A stretch of DNA of 64,000 nt from Candidatus Eiseniibacteriota bacterium (GTDB taxonomy: Bacteria; Eisenbacteria; RBG-16-71-46), in assembly GCA_963744995.1 (NCBI GenBank), contig CAVUWA010000002.1, forward strand, positions 544,001 to 608,000, written 5' to 3'. Each line of letters starts with the position of its first letter. Positions within the stretch are counted from its first letter, which is position 1. The notes below the pieces were generated by a model. That model saw only the letters and a list, made by a program, of their open reading frames with translations. It was not told the origin of the DNA and searched no databases. Shown piece by piece: positions 1 through 9,291 of the stretch. The position numbers and the translations under genes are program-made.

Positions 1-334
1 GCACTTCTTCGAGCGCGCGCTCGGCCTTGGTCGCGCGTTTGAAGTACTTCTGCGCGTTCGCCTGCGGCTTGAGCTTCGGGTCCAGCGCAATCTCCAGATT
101 CCGCTCGGGCAGCTCGGGGTCGGGGAGCGTCACCGACGCGGCGCGCTTCGGCACCTGCGCGAAGTAGGCGAGCAGCGTCTCGCCGAACTTGCGGAACTCG
201 GGCGCGCGCTCGGCTTCGGCCAGATCGCCGCGCAGCGCCTCGAGGCGCCTGGCGAGGCGCTTCCGGTAGGTGCGCAGCGCCTTGAGAATCGCGGCGCGAC
301 GGCGGGCGACGGGATCAACGGGGTCGGGGCTCAC
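1..334 (-). CDS. NFACT/RqcH (FbpA-like) family protein, 5' part; runs off the window start
   Basis: Manual translation from GTG at 334 gives VSPDPVDPVARRRAAILKALRTYRKRLARRLEALRGDLAEAERAPEFRKFGETLLAYF...LEIALDPKLKPQANAQKYFKRATKAERALEEV. The G(E)LLxY...I(A)LDP..(Q)NAQKYFK pattern is typical of the NFACT coiled-coil/middle region. Confidence 0.75.
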   Translation of the reverse strand, partial: MSPDPVDPVARRRAAILKALRTYRKRLARRLEALRGDLAEAERAPEFRKFGETLLAYFAQVPKRAASVTLPDPELPERNLEIALDPKLKPQANAQKYFKRATKAERALEEV

Positions 335-349
335 GCAGCGGAAAATAAC

Positions 350-371
350 TTACCGTCCCCGGGGACGGTAA
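350..371. repeat. Perfect 22-bp palindrome TTACCGTCCCCGGGGACGGTAA (REP-like element or operator)
   Basis: Read directly; AT-rich flanks; related palindrome at 2283-2300. Confidence 0.7.
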
Positions 372-461
372 ATTTGTTGTCGCTCGTGACGCCGGCGTTC
401 ACACCCGCACCGTCCCCGGCGGTGCGGCATTCGGGCGTTCGACGTTTGGCGTCGTGCGGCG

Positions 462-2051
462 CTAGCTGCCTGAGGCACGTCCCTCGGCCGTATCGTCGTG
501 CAGGAGCGCATGCCAGATTCTCCGTTGCGCCGCGGTCTGGTGTTCGAGAGGTTCGATATGGAACTGCGCCTCGCCGGCAGGTGAATGGGTGACGGCGAGG
601 CTCAGCCCGGCGCGTTCCAGCAACGGTCCGTAGTCCACGTGATCGCGCCCGGTCACGTAGCGGTCGAAGAACGCCCCGGTGTCGTGGCCGGCCACGGAAT
701 CGACGACCGCCCGCAGGTCGGCGTCGTCGTAACCCCGATAGCCGGGGCGGCGGCTCTGCGCGTAGAGGCGCCTGAGCACGTCCACGAGTCCCCGCTCGCC
801 CCCGGTGTCGAGGCGCAACGTCATGTCGAGAAGGAAACCGACGGCTTCGCCGCCGCCGTAGTAGTCCATCGCATCGGGCGGGAAGGTCCACGTCGACACG
901 CTGGACTCTGCGAGGCTCTGCCAGCCACGCCCGGGATCGTTTTCGTAGGCCGAGATCACGCGCGACATGGCAGCGAAGAACGTCGATTCGGGCAGAATCC
1001 CGGAGCGGATCATGGTCAGATCGGCGAAGTAGCTGGTCACGCCCTCGATGAACCACAGATGCGGCGAATAGTCGGGGCCGGCGAAGTCCCACCGGTCGAG
1101 CTCCTGCGGGTGGAATGCCTCACCGTTCCATGCGTGGAACATCTCGTGCGCGATCGTCCCCGCGGCGTTGACGGGCAGATCGAGCATCCACTGGCTGCCG
1201 ATGTTGAGCACCATGGCCCGCCCGTGTTCGAGGCCGCCGCCATAGTCGAGGTCGGGGCGCCAGTGGGCGAAGATCGTGTAATCGGAGAACGGCGTGGAGT
1301 CGTAGTACGAGGCGACGGTGCGGGCGATGGCGGCGACGTTGCGGTCGAACGCCGCGTGGTCGTACGGCGGGAGCGGTCGGTCGAACACGATGCGCACGGG
1401 CGCGTCGCCCGGCAGCGTGCGCTCGTCCATCTCGCCGCCGAACTGAACGGAGGCGTCGACGAGCGACTGGTACCCGTCCGCAACGAACGCGCCCGCGGCC
1501 GTGCCTGGCAGCGTGGTCACCAGCGTCCAGCCCGCCGGGAGCGTGTAGTGCACCTCGACCGAATCCGACATGTGGCGGTCCGCATAGAGGAACGCAGAGG
1601 CACCCTCCAGGAACCCGCCGTGTGCATCGAGGCTGTTGGTTCCGAGCCGAAGGACGTCGCGTTCGTTCGCGTGGATCCGGTATTGGACGACGGTCTCGGA
1701 ATCGAACGGGGTCCGGACCTCCCAGCTCTGGGCGCCGGTGCGCATGTAGTCGAGCGGAGCGCCGTCTTCGCGCGACGCGTGGAAGTGGTCGAGGTACCTG
1801 GCGTGCTGTTTGAAACCGACGTCCCCCGGCGTCGTGGCCGGGAGACGGAGCACGAGCCGATCGCGATCCGAGTGAATCCGCATCGTGATCTCGAAGAGGC
1901 GATCCTCGGGGCGATCGATGCGCACGTCGTAGCGGATGCGATCATGGGCCACGCGGGCGGGCGAAGGCGTGCAGCCGGCGAGCACGACGAGGGGAAAGAG
2001 CGCCAGCGTCGACCGCGGTGCGGCGGTCGGACTCCTGTGCGAAGGCATCAC
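462..2051 (-). CDS. M61 family (glycyl aminopeptidase-like) zinc metallopeptidase, probable lipoprotein
   Basis: GGGLEH motif, HEMFHAWN zinc motif, LWFIEGVTSYF; lipobox-like VVLAGC after a hydrophobic stretch. Confidence 0.85.
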   Translation of the reverse strand: MMPSHRSPTAAPRSTLALFPLVVLAGCTPSPARVAHDRIRYDVRIDRPEDRLFEITMRIHSDRDRLVLRLPATTPGDVGFKQHARYLDHFHASREDGAPLDYMRTGAQSWEVRTPFDSETVVQYRIHANERDVLRLGTNSLDAHGGFLEGASAFLYADRHMSDSVEVHYTLPAGWTLVTTLPGTAAGAFVADGYQSLVDASVQFGGEMDERTLPGDAPVRIVFDRPLPPYDHAAFDRNVAAIARTVASYYDSTPFSDYTIFAHWRPDLDYGGGLEHGRAMVLNIGSQWMLDLPVNAAGTIAHEMFHAWNGEAFHPQELDRWDFAGPDYSPHLWFIEGVTSYFADLTMIRSGILPESTFFAAMSRVISAYENDPGRGWQSLAESSVSTWTFPPDAMDYYGGGEAVGFLLDMTLRLDTGGERGLVDVLRRLYAQSRRPGYRGYDDADLRAVVDSVAGHDTGAFFDRYVTGRDHVDYGPLLERAGLSLAVTHSPAGEAQFHIEPLEHQTAAQRRIWHALLHDDTAEGRASGS

Positions 2052-2282
2052 GGAACCTCATGCGGGACTGGGCCGGTGGGGTTTGGCGAGCCGAGGCTCG
2101 CGCCATCCGGCGACCCGTCGCAAGGGCGACCTTTGTAGCGCTCCGGCAGGCCTGCCGGGATCGCCGGCGCGGCCGCGACGTCGTGAGACAGCGCGCGTGT
2201 CAGACGCGCGGCCGCCGGGCACCGCCCCGGAGCAGGTCGCGACCACGCCGTTGTCGTTTCGTTGCCGGCGTTGTCGGTCCAA

Positions 2283-2300
2283 ATCCGTCCCGGGACGGAT
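2283..2300. repeat. Perfect 18-bp palindrome ATCCGTCCCGGGACGGAT
   Basis: Read directly; same CCGTCCC/GGGACGG core as 350-371. Confidence 0.6.
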
Positions 2301-2377
2301 CTCGCGTCGCGGCGCTCCGGCGAAGCGACACGATCACGCCTGGTCGCGGGCGCCCATCCGACCCGCTGGCGCGGCTT

Positions 2378-2854
2378 CTACGCCCACACCCCCAGCGCCC
2401 GCCTCGCCGCCACGATCTCGCCGACGTGATACGCGTTGTGATCTGCGATCTGCAGCGCTTCCTTGGCGAGCGTCTGGCCGTCGCCCCACTCGAACGGCTC
2501 GAACAGGTCGCGCTTCGGATCCCTCACCAGCGCGCAGAACTCGTCGAGGTCCTTGTGAAACGCCTTGATGCTCGCCTTCCACGCGGCGTCGTCGGGCGGC
2601 ACGGGGTTCGACGGCCAGTAGTCGTCGGGCCACTTTTTCGCTTTGTAATTGGAGCTCTTCGAAAAATCGAGCATGTCCTCCTGCGCGATGCGCAGGTGCT
2701 CGATGATCTGCCACACGGAATGCGCCATGCCGCTCGCGCGCTGGCCGCGTGCGGCGGGCGGCAGACTCTCGATGGCACGGTCGAAGCCGACGTGCGCGGA
2801 TTCCCACTGGAGCACGGCGACGAGCTGCTCCCGGAATAGCTGGCTCTGGTCCAA
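2378..2854 (-). CDS. DinB/YfiT-like family protein
   Basis: HSVWQIIEHLRIAQ...YWP...EALQIADHNAYHVGEI metal-binding His pattern; TTG start after a G-rich SD. Confidence 0.85.
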   Translation of the reverse strand: MDQSQLFREQLVAVLQWESAHVGFDRAIESLPPAARGQRASGMAHSVWQIIEHLRIAQEDMLDFSKSSNYKAKKWPDDYWPSNPVPPDDAAWKASIKAFHKDLDEFCALVRDPKRDLFEPFEWGDGQTLAKEALQIADHNAYHVGEIVAARRALGVWA

Positions 2855-3098
2855 GACAGGTCTTCCCCCCGGCCGGGCAGAATCCGGCCGCGTCTGAGTT
2901 TGGCCCGGGCGCGGGGCGGCCCGGGACGGCGAATCGGCAGATGCCGCTTACGATGCGCCCATCGGGCCGGCGGCGCACGCGGGAGTCGCGACGCGGCGGG
3001 CGAGGGGCCGGCGCGGCGCCGCGACACCTGCTTCATGGCCCCGAAGGTACCCCGAATTTCGGCGATTCGTCCGCGCGGCTTCGGTGTACCATCCCGGC

Positions 3099-4463
3099 AT
3101 GACCCAGATCGATCCGAACACCTCGCCCTATCTGGCTGCTGCCTACGCCAACGACCGCAAGCACGTCTTCCACTCCTGGTCCGCCCAGGGGGCCCTCGAT
3201 CCGGTGGTGATCGCCGGGGCGAAGGGCTCGCGCATGTGGGACGACAAGGGGAACACGTGGCTCGACTTCTCGAGCCAGCTCGTCAACGTCAACATCGGGC
3301 ATCAGCACCCGAAGCTGGTCGCCGCGATCCAGGAGCAGGCGGCGCGCCTGTGCACGATCGGCCCGGGCTTCGCGAACGACATGCGCAGCGAAGCGGCGCG
3401 GTTGATCGCCGAGCTCGCGCCCGGCGACCTCGACAAGGTGTTCTTCACCAACGGCGGCACCGACGCGGTCGAGAACGCGGTGCGCCTCGCGCGCGGCCAC
3501 ACGGGGCGGCACAAGGTGCTGTCCATGTACCGCAGCTACCACGGCGCGACCGGCACCTCGATCCAGCTGACCGGCGACCCGCGGCGCTGGGCCAACGAGC
3601 CGGGGCCCGCAAACATCGTGAAGTTCTGGGGGCCGTACCTCTATCGCTCGGCGTTTCACGCGACGAACGAGAAGGAAGAGTGCGAGCGTGCCCTCGAGCA
3701 CCTCTCGAACGTGCTCATGGTCGAAGGGCCCCATACGGTTGCGGCCATTCTCATGGAAACCGTGGTCGGCACCAACGGCATCCTGGTGCCGCCGGACGGG
3801 TACCTGAAGGGCGTGCGCGAGCTGTGCGACCGGCACGGCATCGTGATGATCTGCGACGAGGTGATGGCCGGCTTCGGCCGCTGCGGCGAATGGTTCGCGG
3901 TCAACCACTGGAACGTGACGCCGGACCTCATCACGTTCGCCAAGGGCTCGAACTCGGGCTACGTGCCGGTGGGCGGCGTGGTGATCAAGCGCGCGATCGC
4001 CGACACGTTCACAGACCGCGTGTTCCCGGGCGGGCTCACCTACTCCGGGCATCCGCTCGGCACCGCGTCGATCGTCGCCAGCATCGGGATCTTCAAGGAA
4101 GAGAAGATCATCGAGAACGCGCGGCGCCTCGGCACGGACGTCATCGGCCCCGAACTTCGCAAGATCGCCGCGAAACACCCGAGCGTCGGCGAAGTGCGCG
4201 GGCTCGGCGTGTTCTGGGCGATCGAGCTGGTGAAGGACCGCAAGTCCAAAGAGCCGCTGGTGCCGTTCAACGCATCGGGCGCGGCGGCGAAGCCGATGCT
4301 CGAAGTGATGGCCGCGTGCAAGCAGAACGGCGTCTGGCCGTTCGCGCACTTCAACCGGCTTCAGGTCACGCCGCCCTGCACCACGAGCGACGCAGACATC
4401 CGCGAAGGCCTCGCGGGGATCGACAAGGCGCTCGAGGCGGCGGACAGGCACGCCGCGGGCTGA
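3099..4463 (+). CDS. Class III PLP-dependent aminotransferase
   Basis: FFTNGG, SYHG, ICDEVMAGFGRCG, PDLITFAKG (PLP lysine), GLTYSGHP. Start placed at ATG 3099. Confidence 0.9.
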   Translation: MTQIDPNTSPYLAAAYANDRKHVFHSWSAQGALDPVVIAGAKGSRMWDDKGNTWLDFSSQLVNVNIGHQHPKLVAAIQEQAARLCTIGPGFANDMRSEAARLIAELAPGDLDKVFFTNGGTDAVENAVRLARGHTGRHKVLSMYRSYHGATGTSIQLTGDPRRWANEPGPANIVKFWGPYLYRSAFHATNEKEECERALEHLSNVLMVEGPHTVAAILMETVVGTNGILVPPDGYLKGVRELCDRHGIVMICDEVMAGFGRCGEWFAVNHWNVTPDLITFAKGSNSGYVPVGGVVIKRAIADTFTDRVFPGGLTYSGHPLGTASIVASIGIFKEEKIIENARRLGTDVIGPELRKIAAKHPSVGEVRGLGVFWAIELVKDRKSKEPLVPFNASGAAAKPMLEVMAACKQNGVWPFAHFNRLQVTPPCTTSDADIREGLAGIDKALEAADRHAAG

Positions 4464-4471
4464 CGCGCGTC

Positions 4472-4867
4472 ATGGCGCTGCACTGCCAGATCTGCGGGAC
4501 GGCCGTCCCTCTCGACGAGCCGATCCCGCGCGACTCGACCTGCGAGAGCTGCGGCACGGACCTGCGCTCGTGCGTGCAGTGCCGCCACTACGACACCACC
4601 CGCAACAATCAGTGCACCGAGACCGAGGCCGATCCGGTCGTCGACAAGACGCGGCGGAATTTCTGCGAGTTCTTCTATTTCTCGCGGGCCGCAGGCGGCG
4701 CACGCAGGGCCGACAGCGGCCGTGCCGACGAAGCGCGCGCGAAGCTGGACGCGCTGTTCGGCGGCTCCGGCAAGCCGGGCGCCTCGGGCGGCGCCCCGCA
4801 CCAGGGCGCCGACCGCGCAGCCGACGCACGCCGCAAGCTCGACGATCTGTTCAGGAAGAAGCCCTGA
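4472..4867 (+). CDS. Small Cys-rich (zinc-ribbon-like) hypothetical protein, 131 aa
   Basis: CQIC, CESC, CVQC plus two further Cys; genome-typical codon usage; ATG 8 nt after the aminotransferase stop. Confidence 0.75.
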   Translation: MALHCQICGTAVPLDEPIPRDSTCESCGTDLRSCVQCRHYDTTRNNQCTETEADPVVDKTRRNFCEFFYFSRAAGGARRADSGRADEARAKLDALFGGSGKPGASGGAPHQGADRAADARRKLDDLFRKKP

Positions 4868-4970
4868 GACGTATGGAGTCCAGCGGGCGGGCCTGACGGC
4901 GCCGCCGCGCTCGCGCCTCCGGGCCCGCCGGGGGCGCCGATCCCACGCCCCTCAGATCCGGAGCCGCCAC

Positions 4971-5471
4971 ATGATCATGGTCAGGGTGAAGCTCGAGAAG
5001 ATGGACGCCCACTGGACGAAGGCCTGCCAGCACGCGGTCACCGATCTCAACCTGCAGTTCAACCGGAAGGGCGTGCACGTGAAGCTCGCGCTGAAGGGGG
5101 CGGGCCCGGTGATCAGCGTGCGCACCGATCCGAGCATCTCGGGCCTCATGGTGCACGGCAAGACGCACGCCGAGTTCGCGACGTCGGGCAGGCTGCAGAA
5201 GGCCGAGACGCGCCTGCCGGACAAGGTGCAGATCAACACGCCGGGCGGCCTGCGCACCGCGGGCCCGGGCGTTCTCGAGGTGATCGCGGCCCACGAATAC
5301 GTGCACGCGCTCGGCCAGGAGCACCACAGCTCGCTCCTCATGACGCGCACGTTCAACAAGGTCCCGGGCAACTCCGCCGCCGGCGACAAGCTGCAGGCCG
5401 GCTCCGCGATGCTGCCGCCGCTGGCGCTCGCCGATGACACGGTGGAACTTCTGAAGGGCATCTGGGGCTAG
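4971..5471 (+). CDS. Minimal metzincin-type zinc metallopeptidase, 166 aa
   Basis: HEYVHALGQEH (HExxHxxGxxH) followed by SLLM (Met-turn); GGAG SD upstream of ATG 4971. Confidence 0.7.
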   Translation: MIMVRVKLEKMDAHWTKACQHAVTDLNLQFNRKGVHVKLALKGAGPVISVRTDPSISGLMVHGKTHAEFATSGRLQKAETRLPDKVQINTPGGLRTAGPGVLEVIAAHEYVHALGQEHHSSLLMTRTFNKVPGNSAAGDKLQAGSAMLPPLALADDTVELLKGIWG

Positions 5472-5526
5472 GACAGGGCTCCTGCCACGTGACCCGGGAC
5501 GCCAGGCCTCGCGCGAGGCGGCCTCG

Positions 5527-5546
5527 AGGTGTCTGCGCAGACACCT
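5527..5546. repeat. Perfect 20-bp palindrome AGGTGTCTGCGCAGACACCT
   Basis: Read directly in the intergenic region. Confidence 0.6.
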
Positions 5547-5705
5547 GTGTCGGCCGCGCACGCCCCGGCCCGGCAAGTTGCTCCGGCGATCTTCACGGGC
5601 GCCCGTGGGGAACCGGTGAAGACTCCGTGATACGCCGCGCCGATCGGCCGGCCCCGCAGCGCCCGCCCCGTGCGCAGCGGGAACGCAGCAAAGGCCTCCG
5701 GCTCT

Positions 5706-5735
5706 TTGACGCCGTCCCCGCCTCTGACCTAATTT
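5706..5735 (+). promoter_or_regulatory. Putative sigma70 promoter of the yicC-gmk-rpoZ operon
   Basis: TTGACG-N18-TAATTT. Confidence 0.45.
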
Positions 5736-5799
5736 CGCCCCCCCTGAACGACCTGCCGGGCCCGTTCGGGCCCCACCACGCAGTCGGAGGTCCCGCCAG

Positions 5800-6678
5800 A
5801 TGATCCGAAGCATGACCGGGTACGGCTCGGGCGAGCTGGAGCGCGACGGCCAGCGCCTGACCGCCGAGATCCGCTCGGTGAACCATCGCTACTGCGAAGT
5901 CTCCGTCCGCGCGCCGCGGCTGGTGAGCATGTTCGAAGACCAGATCCGCCAGCTGGTGCAGAACCGCTTCTCGCGCGGCAAGATCTCGCTCTCGATCACG
6001 TGGGCGGGCGCGGGTGAAGGGGGCGAGGTTCTCAAGCTCAACGAGGCGGCGGCCGACCGCTACATGGCGCTGCTCGACCAGCTCCGCAAGCGTTACGACC
6101 TCGAGGCCCACGTGGACGTGAAGACGCTCGCCGCGCTCCCGGACATCTTCACCTGGGAGCACACGGCGATGTCCGACGACGAGACCTGGGCGATCGTGAA
6201 GCACGTCGTCGGGGCCGCCTGCGACAGCATGGAAGCCATGAAGTCCCGCGAGGGGAAGGCGCTCGAGCAGGACCTGCTGCATCGCCTGGACCTGATCGGC
6301 AAGCAGCTGGCGCTGGTCGCCGACCGGGCGCCGGACCGCCCCAAGGCAGGCAAGGAGAAGCTCGAGGCGCGGCTGCAGCAGCTGCTCGGCGACGTCGAGC
6401 TCGATCCCGTGCGGCTCGCGCAGGAAGTGGCGATGATGGCCGACCGGCTGGACTGCACCGAGGAATGCGTGCGGCTGCGCGCGCACCTCGACCAGTTCCG
6501 CCAGCTCAGCGCGGGGCCCGAGCTCGCGGGGCGCAAGCTCAACTTCCTGCTCCAGGAAATGAATCGCGAGGCGAACACGATCGGCTCCAAGTCCAACGAC
6601 GTGGACATCACCCGCGCGGTGATCGTCATGAAGGAAGAGATCGAGCGCCTGCGCGAGCAGGTGCAGAACGTGGAGTAG
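5800..6678 (+). CDS. yicC: YicC/YloC family endoribonuclease
   Basis: MIRSMTGYG...EIRSVNHRY; GRKLNFLLQEMNREANTIGSKS; REQVQNVE. Confidence 0.95.
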   Translation: MIRSMTGYGSGELERDGQRLTAEIRSVNHRYCEVSVRAPRLVSMFEDQIRQLVQNRFSRGKISLSITWAGAGEGGEVLKLNEAAADRYMALLDQLRKRYDLEAHVDVKTLAALPDIFTWEHTAMSDDETWAIVKHVVGAACDSMEAMKSREGKALEQDLLHRLDLIGKQLALVADRAPDRPKAGKEKLEARLQQLLGDVELDPVRLAQEVAMMADRLDCTEECVRLRAHLDQFRQLSAGPELAGRKLNFLLQEMNREANTIGSKSNDVDITRAVIVMKEEIERLREQVQNVE

Positions 6679-6792
6679 CAGCCGGGTCGCGTCGCGGCCG
6701 TGGGGGACATCGATGTGGCGAAGATTGCCGATGAGGTGCGGGGACCGTCCGGGCGCGCAGCGCCGGCGGCGCACGATACCGGGGGAGCGGCC

Positions 6793-7410
6793 GTGAGTGA
6801 CGTGCCGGACATCCCGTTCAAGTTCATCACGGGCGGCTTCCTGCTCGTGATCTCGGGCCCCTCGGGGGCGGGCAAGGGCACGCTGGTGGATCAGCTGGTG
6901 GCGCAGCGCCCCGAGTGCGTCTTTTCGATCTCCTCGACGACGCGGCCCAGGCGGGCCGGTGAAAAGGACGGGGTCCAGTACGAGTTCGTGACGCAGGAAG
7001 AGTTCGCGCGGCGCCGCGCGGCCGGGCATTTTCTCGAGTGGGCCGAAGTGCACGGCCACCTCTACGGCACGCCGGCGAAGTTCGTGGACGAACAGGTCAA
7101 GGCCGGTCGGATCGTGGTGCTCGACGTGGACGTGCAGGGCGGCGCGAGCGTGCGCAAGACGCGTCCCGCGGCGGTGTCGGTGTTCATCTACCCGCCGTCC
7201 ATGGAGGCGCTGCGCCAGCGCCTCGAGAAGCGCGACACCGATGCGGATGAGGTCGTCGCGCGCCGCCTGCGCAACGCGCCCGGCGAGCTCAGGCAGTACC
7301 GGGACTATCAGTATCTGGTCGTGAACGACCGGCTCGAGGCGGCGGTCGCGCGGCTGCTGGCGATCGTGGATGCCGAGCGTGCCCGCGTGGCGCGGCTCTC
7401 GGCTTCCTGA
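6793..7410 (+). CDS. gmk: Guanylate kinase
   Basis: VISGPSGAGKGT, SISSTTRPRR, FLEWAEVHGHLYGT. Start placed at GTG 6793 (GGAG SD); an in-frame GTG at 6700 is an alternative. Confidence 0.95.
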   Translation: MSDVPDIPFKFITGGFLLVISGPSGAGKGTLVDQLVAQRPECVFSISSTTRPRRAGEKDGVQYEFVTQEEFARRRAAGHFLEWAEVHGHLYGTPAKFVDEQVKAGRIVVLDVDVQGGASVRKTRPAAVSVFIYPPSMEALRQRLEKRDTDADEVVARRLRNAPGELRQYRDYQYLVVNDRLEAAVARLLAIVDAERARVARLSAS

Positions 7411-7543
7411 CCGGGTTGCGGAGCGGGCCGCATTCGGGTGATTCTGGACGGGTTCCGCGGCGGCCTCCCGTGAGAGGAGCGGGCCGGGGCACCCCTACGA
7501 GGTCCGGGCGCATCAGCGTCCGGAAGGACATCTGGAGGAAGAC

Positions 7544-7750
7544 GTGACGAAACTTGCTTCTCTCGTGCCCCCGCAGGGGACCAATAAGTACGAGCTGGCG
7601 ATCATCGCCGCCCGCGAGGCGCGGCGCCTCAACGACTGGTCACGCCGCACGGGCGAGACGGTGAACGGCAAGGTCACCGCGCTTGCGCTCGAGCGCACGA
7701 TCCAGGCCGACGTGCCGTTCTTCTACGAGGATCTGCAGCCGGACGCGTAG
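7544..7750 (+). CDS. rpoZ: RNA polymerase omega subunit
   Basis: NKYELAIIAAREARRL motif; position between gmk and coaBC; GGAGG SD. Confidence 0.85.
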   Translation: MTKLASLVPPQGTNKYELAIIAAREARRLNDWSRRTGETVNGKVTALALERTIQADVPFFYEDLQPDA

Positions 7751-7890
7751 CGCCGTCCCGCGCGCGCGCCGCGCGCGATGCGAATCCCGGGGAACCGCGG
7801 CTGCGTATGAACGGTACCCATGCTCGCGGGCCGTGCCGGGCGCGGTCCGGCCTCCCGTGTCTTTGGAAACCAGCCTCGGAGGGCTCCACC

Positions 7891-9291
7891 ATGCTGCGCG
7901 GTCGCACGATCGTCGTGGGTGTCTCCGGCGGGATCGCGGCCTACAAGGCGTGCGAGCTCGTACGGATGCTCCAGACGCGCGGCGCCACCGTGGTCGTGGT
8001 GATGACGCGCGCGGCCGCGGAGTTCGTCACCCCGCTCACCTTCCAGGCCCTGACCGGCAATCCGGTGATCACGTCGCTGTGGGGCGATCAGGCCCCCGAC
8101 CTCGATCTGCCCGAGGCCGCGGCACGCCGCACCAGCGGGCGCGTCGAGCACGTGGACGTGGCCGAGGCCGCCGACGCGCTGGTGCTGGCCCCCGCGACCG
8201 CGGACCTCATGGCGCGCATCGTCCACGGCGAAGCCCCCGATGCGCTGACCTCGGTGGTGCTGGCCTGTCCCGCGCCGCTGCTGGTGTGTCCGGCGATGGA
8301 CCTCGAGATGTGGCTCAAACCCGCGACCGCGGCCAACGTCCGGGCGCTGCGTGCGCGCGGCGCGACGCTGGTCGGCCCGGTGGAAGGCCCGCTCGCTTCC
8401 GGACTCAGCGGTCCGGGGCGGCTCGCCGACATCGCCGACATCGTCGCCGCGGTCGAGGCCGCGGTCGTGCGCCGCGCGAGCATGCGCGGCCTCAAGGTGC
8501 TGGTGTGCGCGGGACGCACCGAGGAGCCGATCGACCCGGTGCGCGTGATCACCAACCGCTCGAGCGGCCGCATGGGCGTGGCGCTCGCCGCGGCCGCACG
8601 CGCCCGCGGCGCCGAGGTGGCGCTGGTCGCCGGCGGCATGGGCGTGGACCCGCCGTACGGCATTCCGGTCACGCATGCGGCCACGGCCGAGGCCATGCAG
8701 CGCGCGATGGCGAAGCAGGCGGCGACGGCCGACGTGGTGCTGATGGCCGCGGCAGTGTCGGACTACCGCGTGCGCCGCGTGGCGCGCGAGAAGATCAAGC
8801 GCGCCGATGCGGACCTCACGCTCGAGCTCGCACCGAATCCGGACATCCTCAAGAGCCTGGGCGCCGCGCGGCGCAAGGGCCAGACGCTGGTCGGCTTCGC
8901 GCTCGAGACCTCGCAGGGTGTGGCCCGGGCGCGCGCGAAGCTGCACGGCAAGGGCGTGGATCTCGTCGTGCTCAACGGGCCGGCCGAAGGCATCGGCGGC
9001 GACACCAACCAGGTGACGCTGGTCGAGGCGCGCACGCAGAAGAAGCTGCCGCGCGCGAGCAAGCGCGAGGTCGCCGAGGCGATCCTCGACCGGGTGCTCG
9101 AGCTGCGCGGCGCCGCGCAGCGCGGCACGGGTCGCGGCGTGGCGGGCGCCGCGGCCGCGCGCGGCACGGGCGGCGCAGGTCGCGCAAAGACGCCGCGCCG
9201 CAGCGCGCCGAAGCAGAACGCATCGGCTACGCCCCGCACGGCGCGGCCGCGCGCGGCCCGGCCCGGGCGCCGGGGAGGGAAGCGCACATGA
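7891..9291 (+). CDS. coaBC: Bifunctional phosphopantothenoylcysteine decarboxylase/synthase
   Basis: GVSGGIAAYKACEL, APATAD, PAMD, TEEPIDPVRVITNRSSGRMG, GFALET; Arg/Ala-rich C-terminal tail. Confidence 0.95.
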   Translation: MLRGRTIVVGVSGGIAAYKACELVRMLQTRGATVVVVMTRAAAEFVTPLTFQALTGNPVITSLWGDQAPDLDLPEAAARRTSGRVEHVDVAEAADALVLAPATADLMARIVHGEAPDALTSVVLACPAPLLVCPAMDLEMWLKPATAANVRALRARGATLVGPVEGPLASGLSGPGRLADIADIVAAVEAAVVRRASMRGLKVLVCAGRTEEPIDPVRVITNRSSGRMGVALAAAARARGAEVALVAGGMGVDPPYGIPVTHAATAEAMQRAMAKQAATADVVLMAAAVSDYRVRRVAREKIKRADADLTLELAPNPDILKSLGAARRKGQTLVGFALETSQGVARARAKLHGKGVDLVVLNGPAEGIGGDTNQVTLVEARTQKKLPRASKREVAEAILDRVLELRGAAQRGTGRGVAGAAAARGTGGAGRAKTPRRSAPKQNASATPRTARPRAARPGRRGGKRT

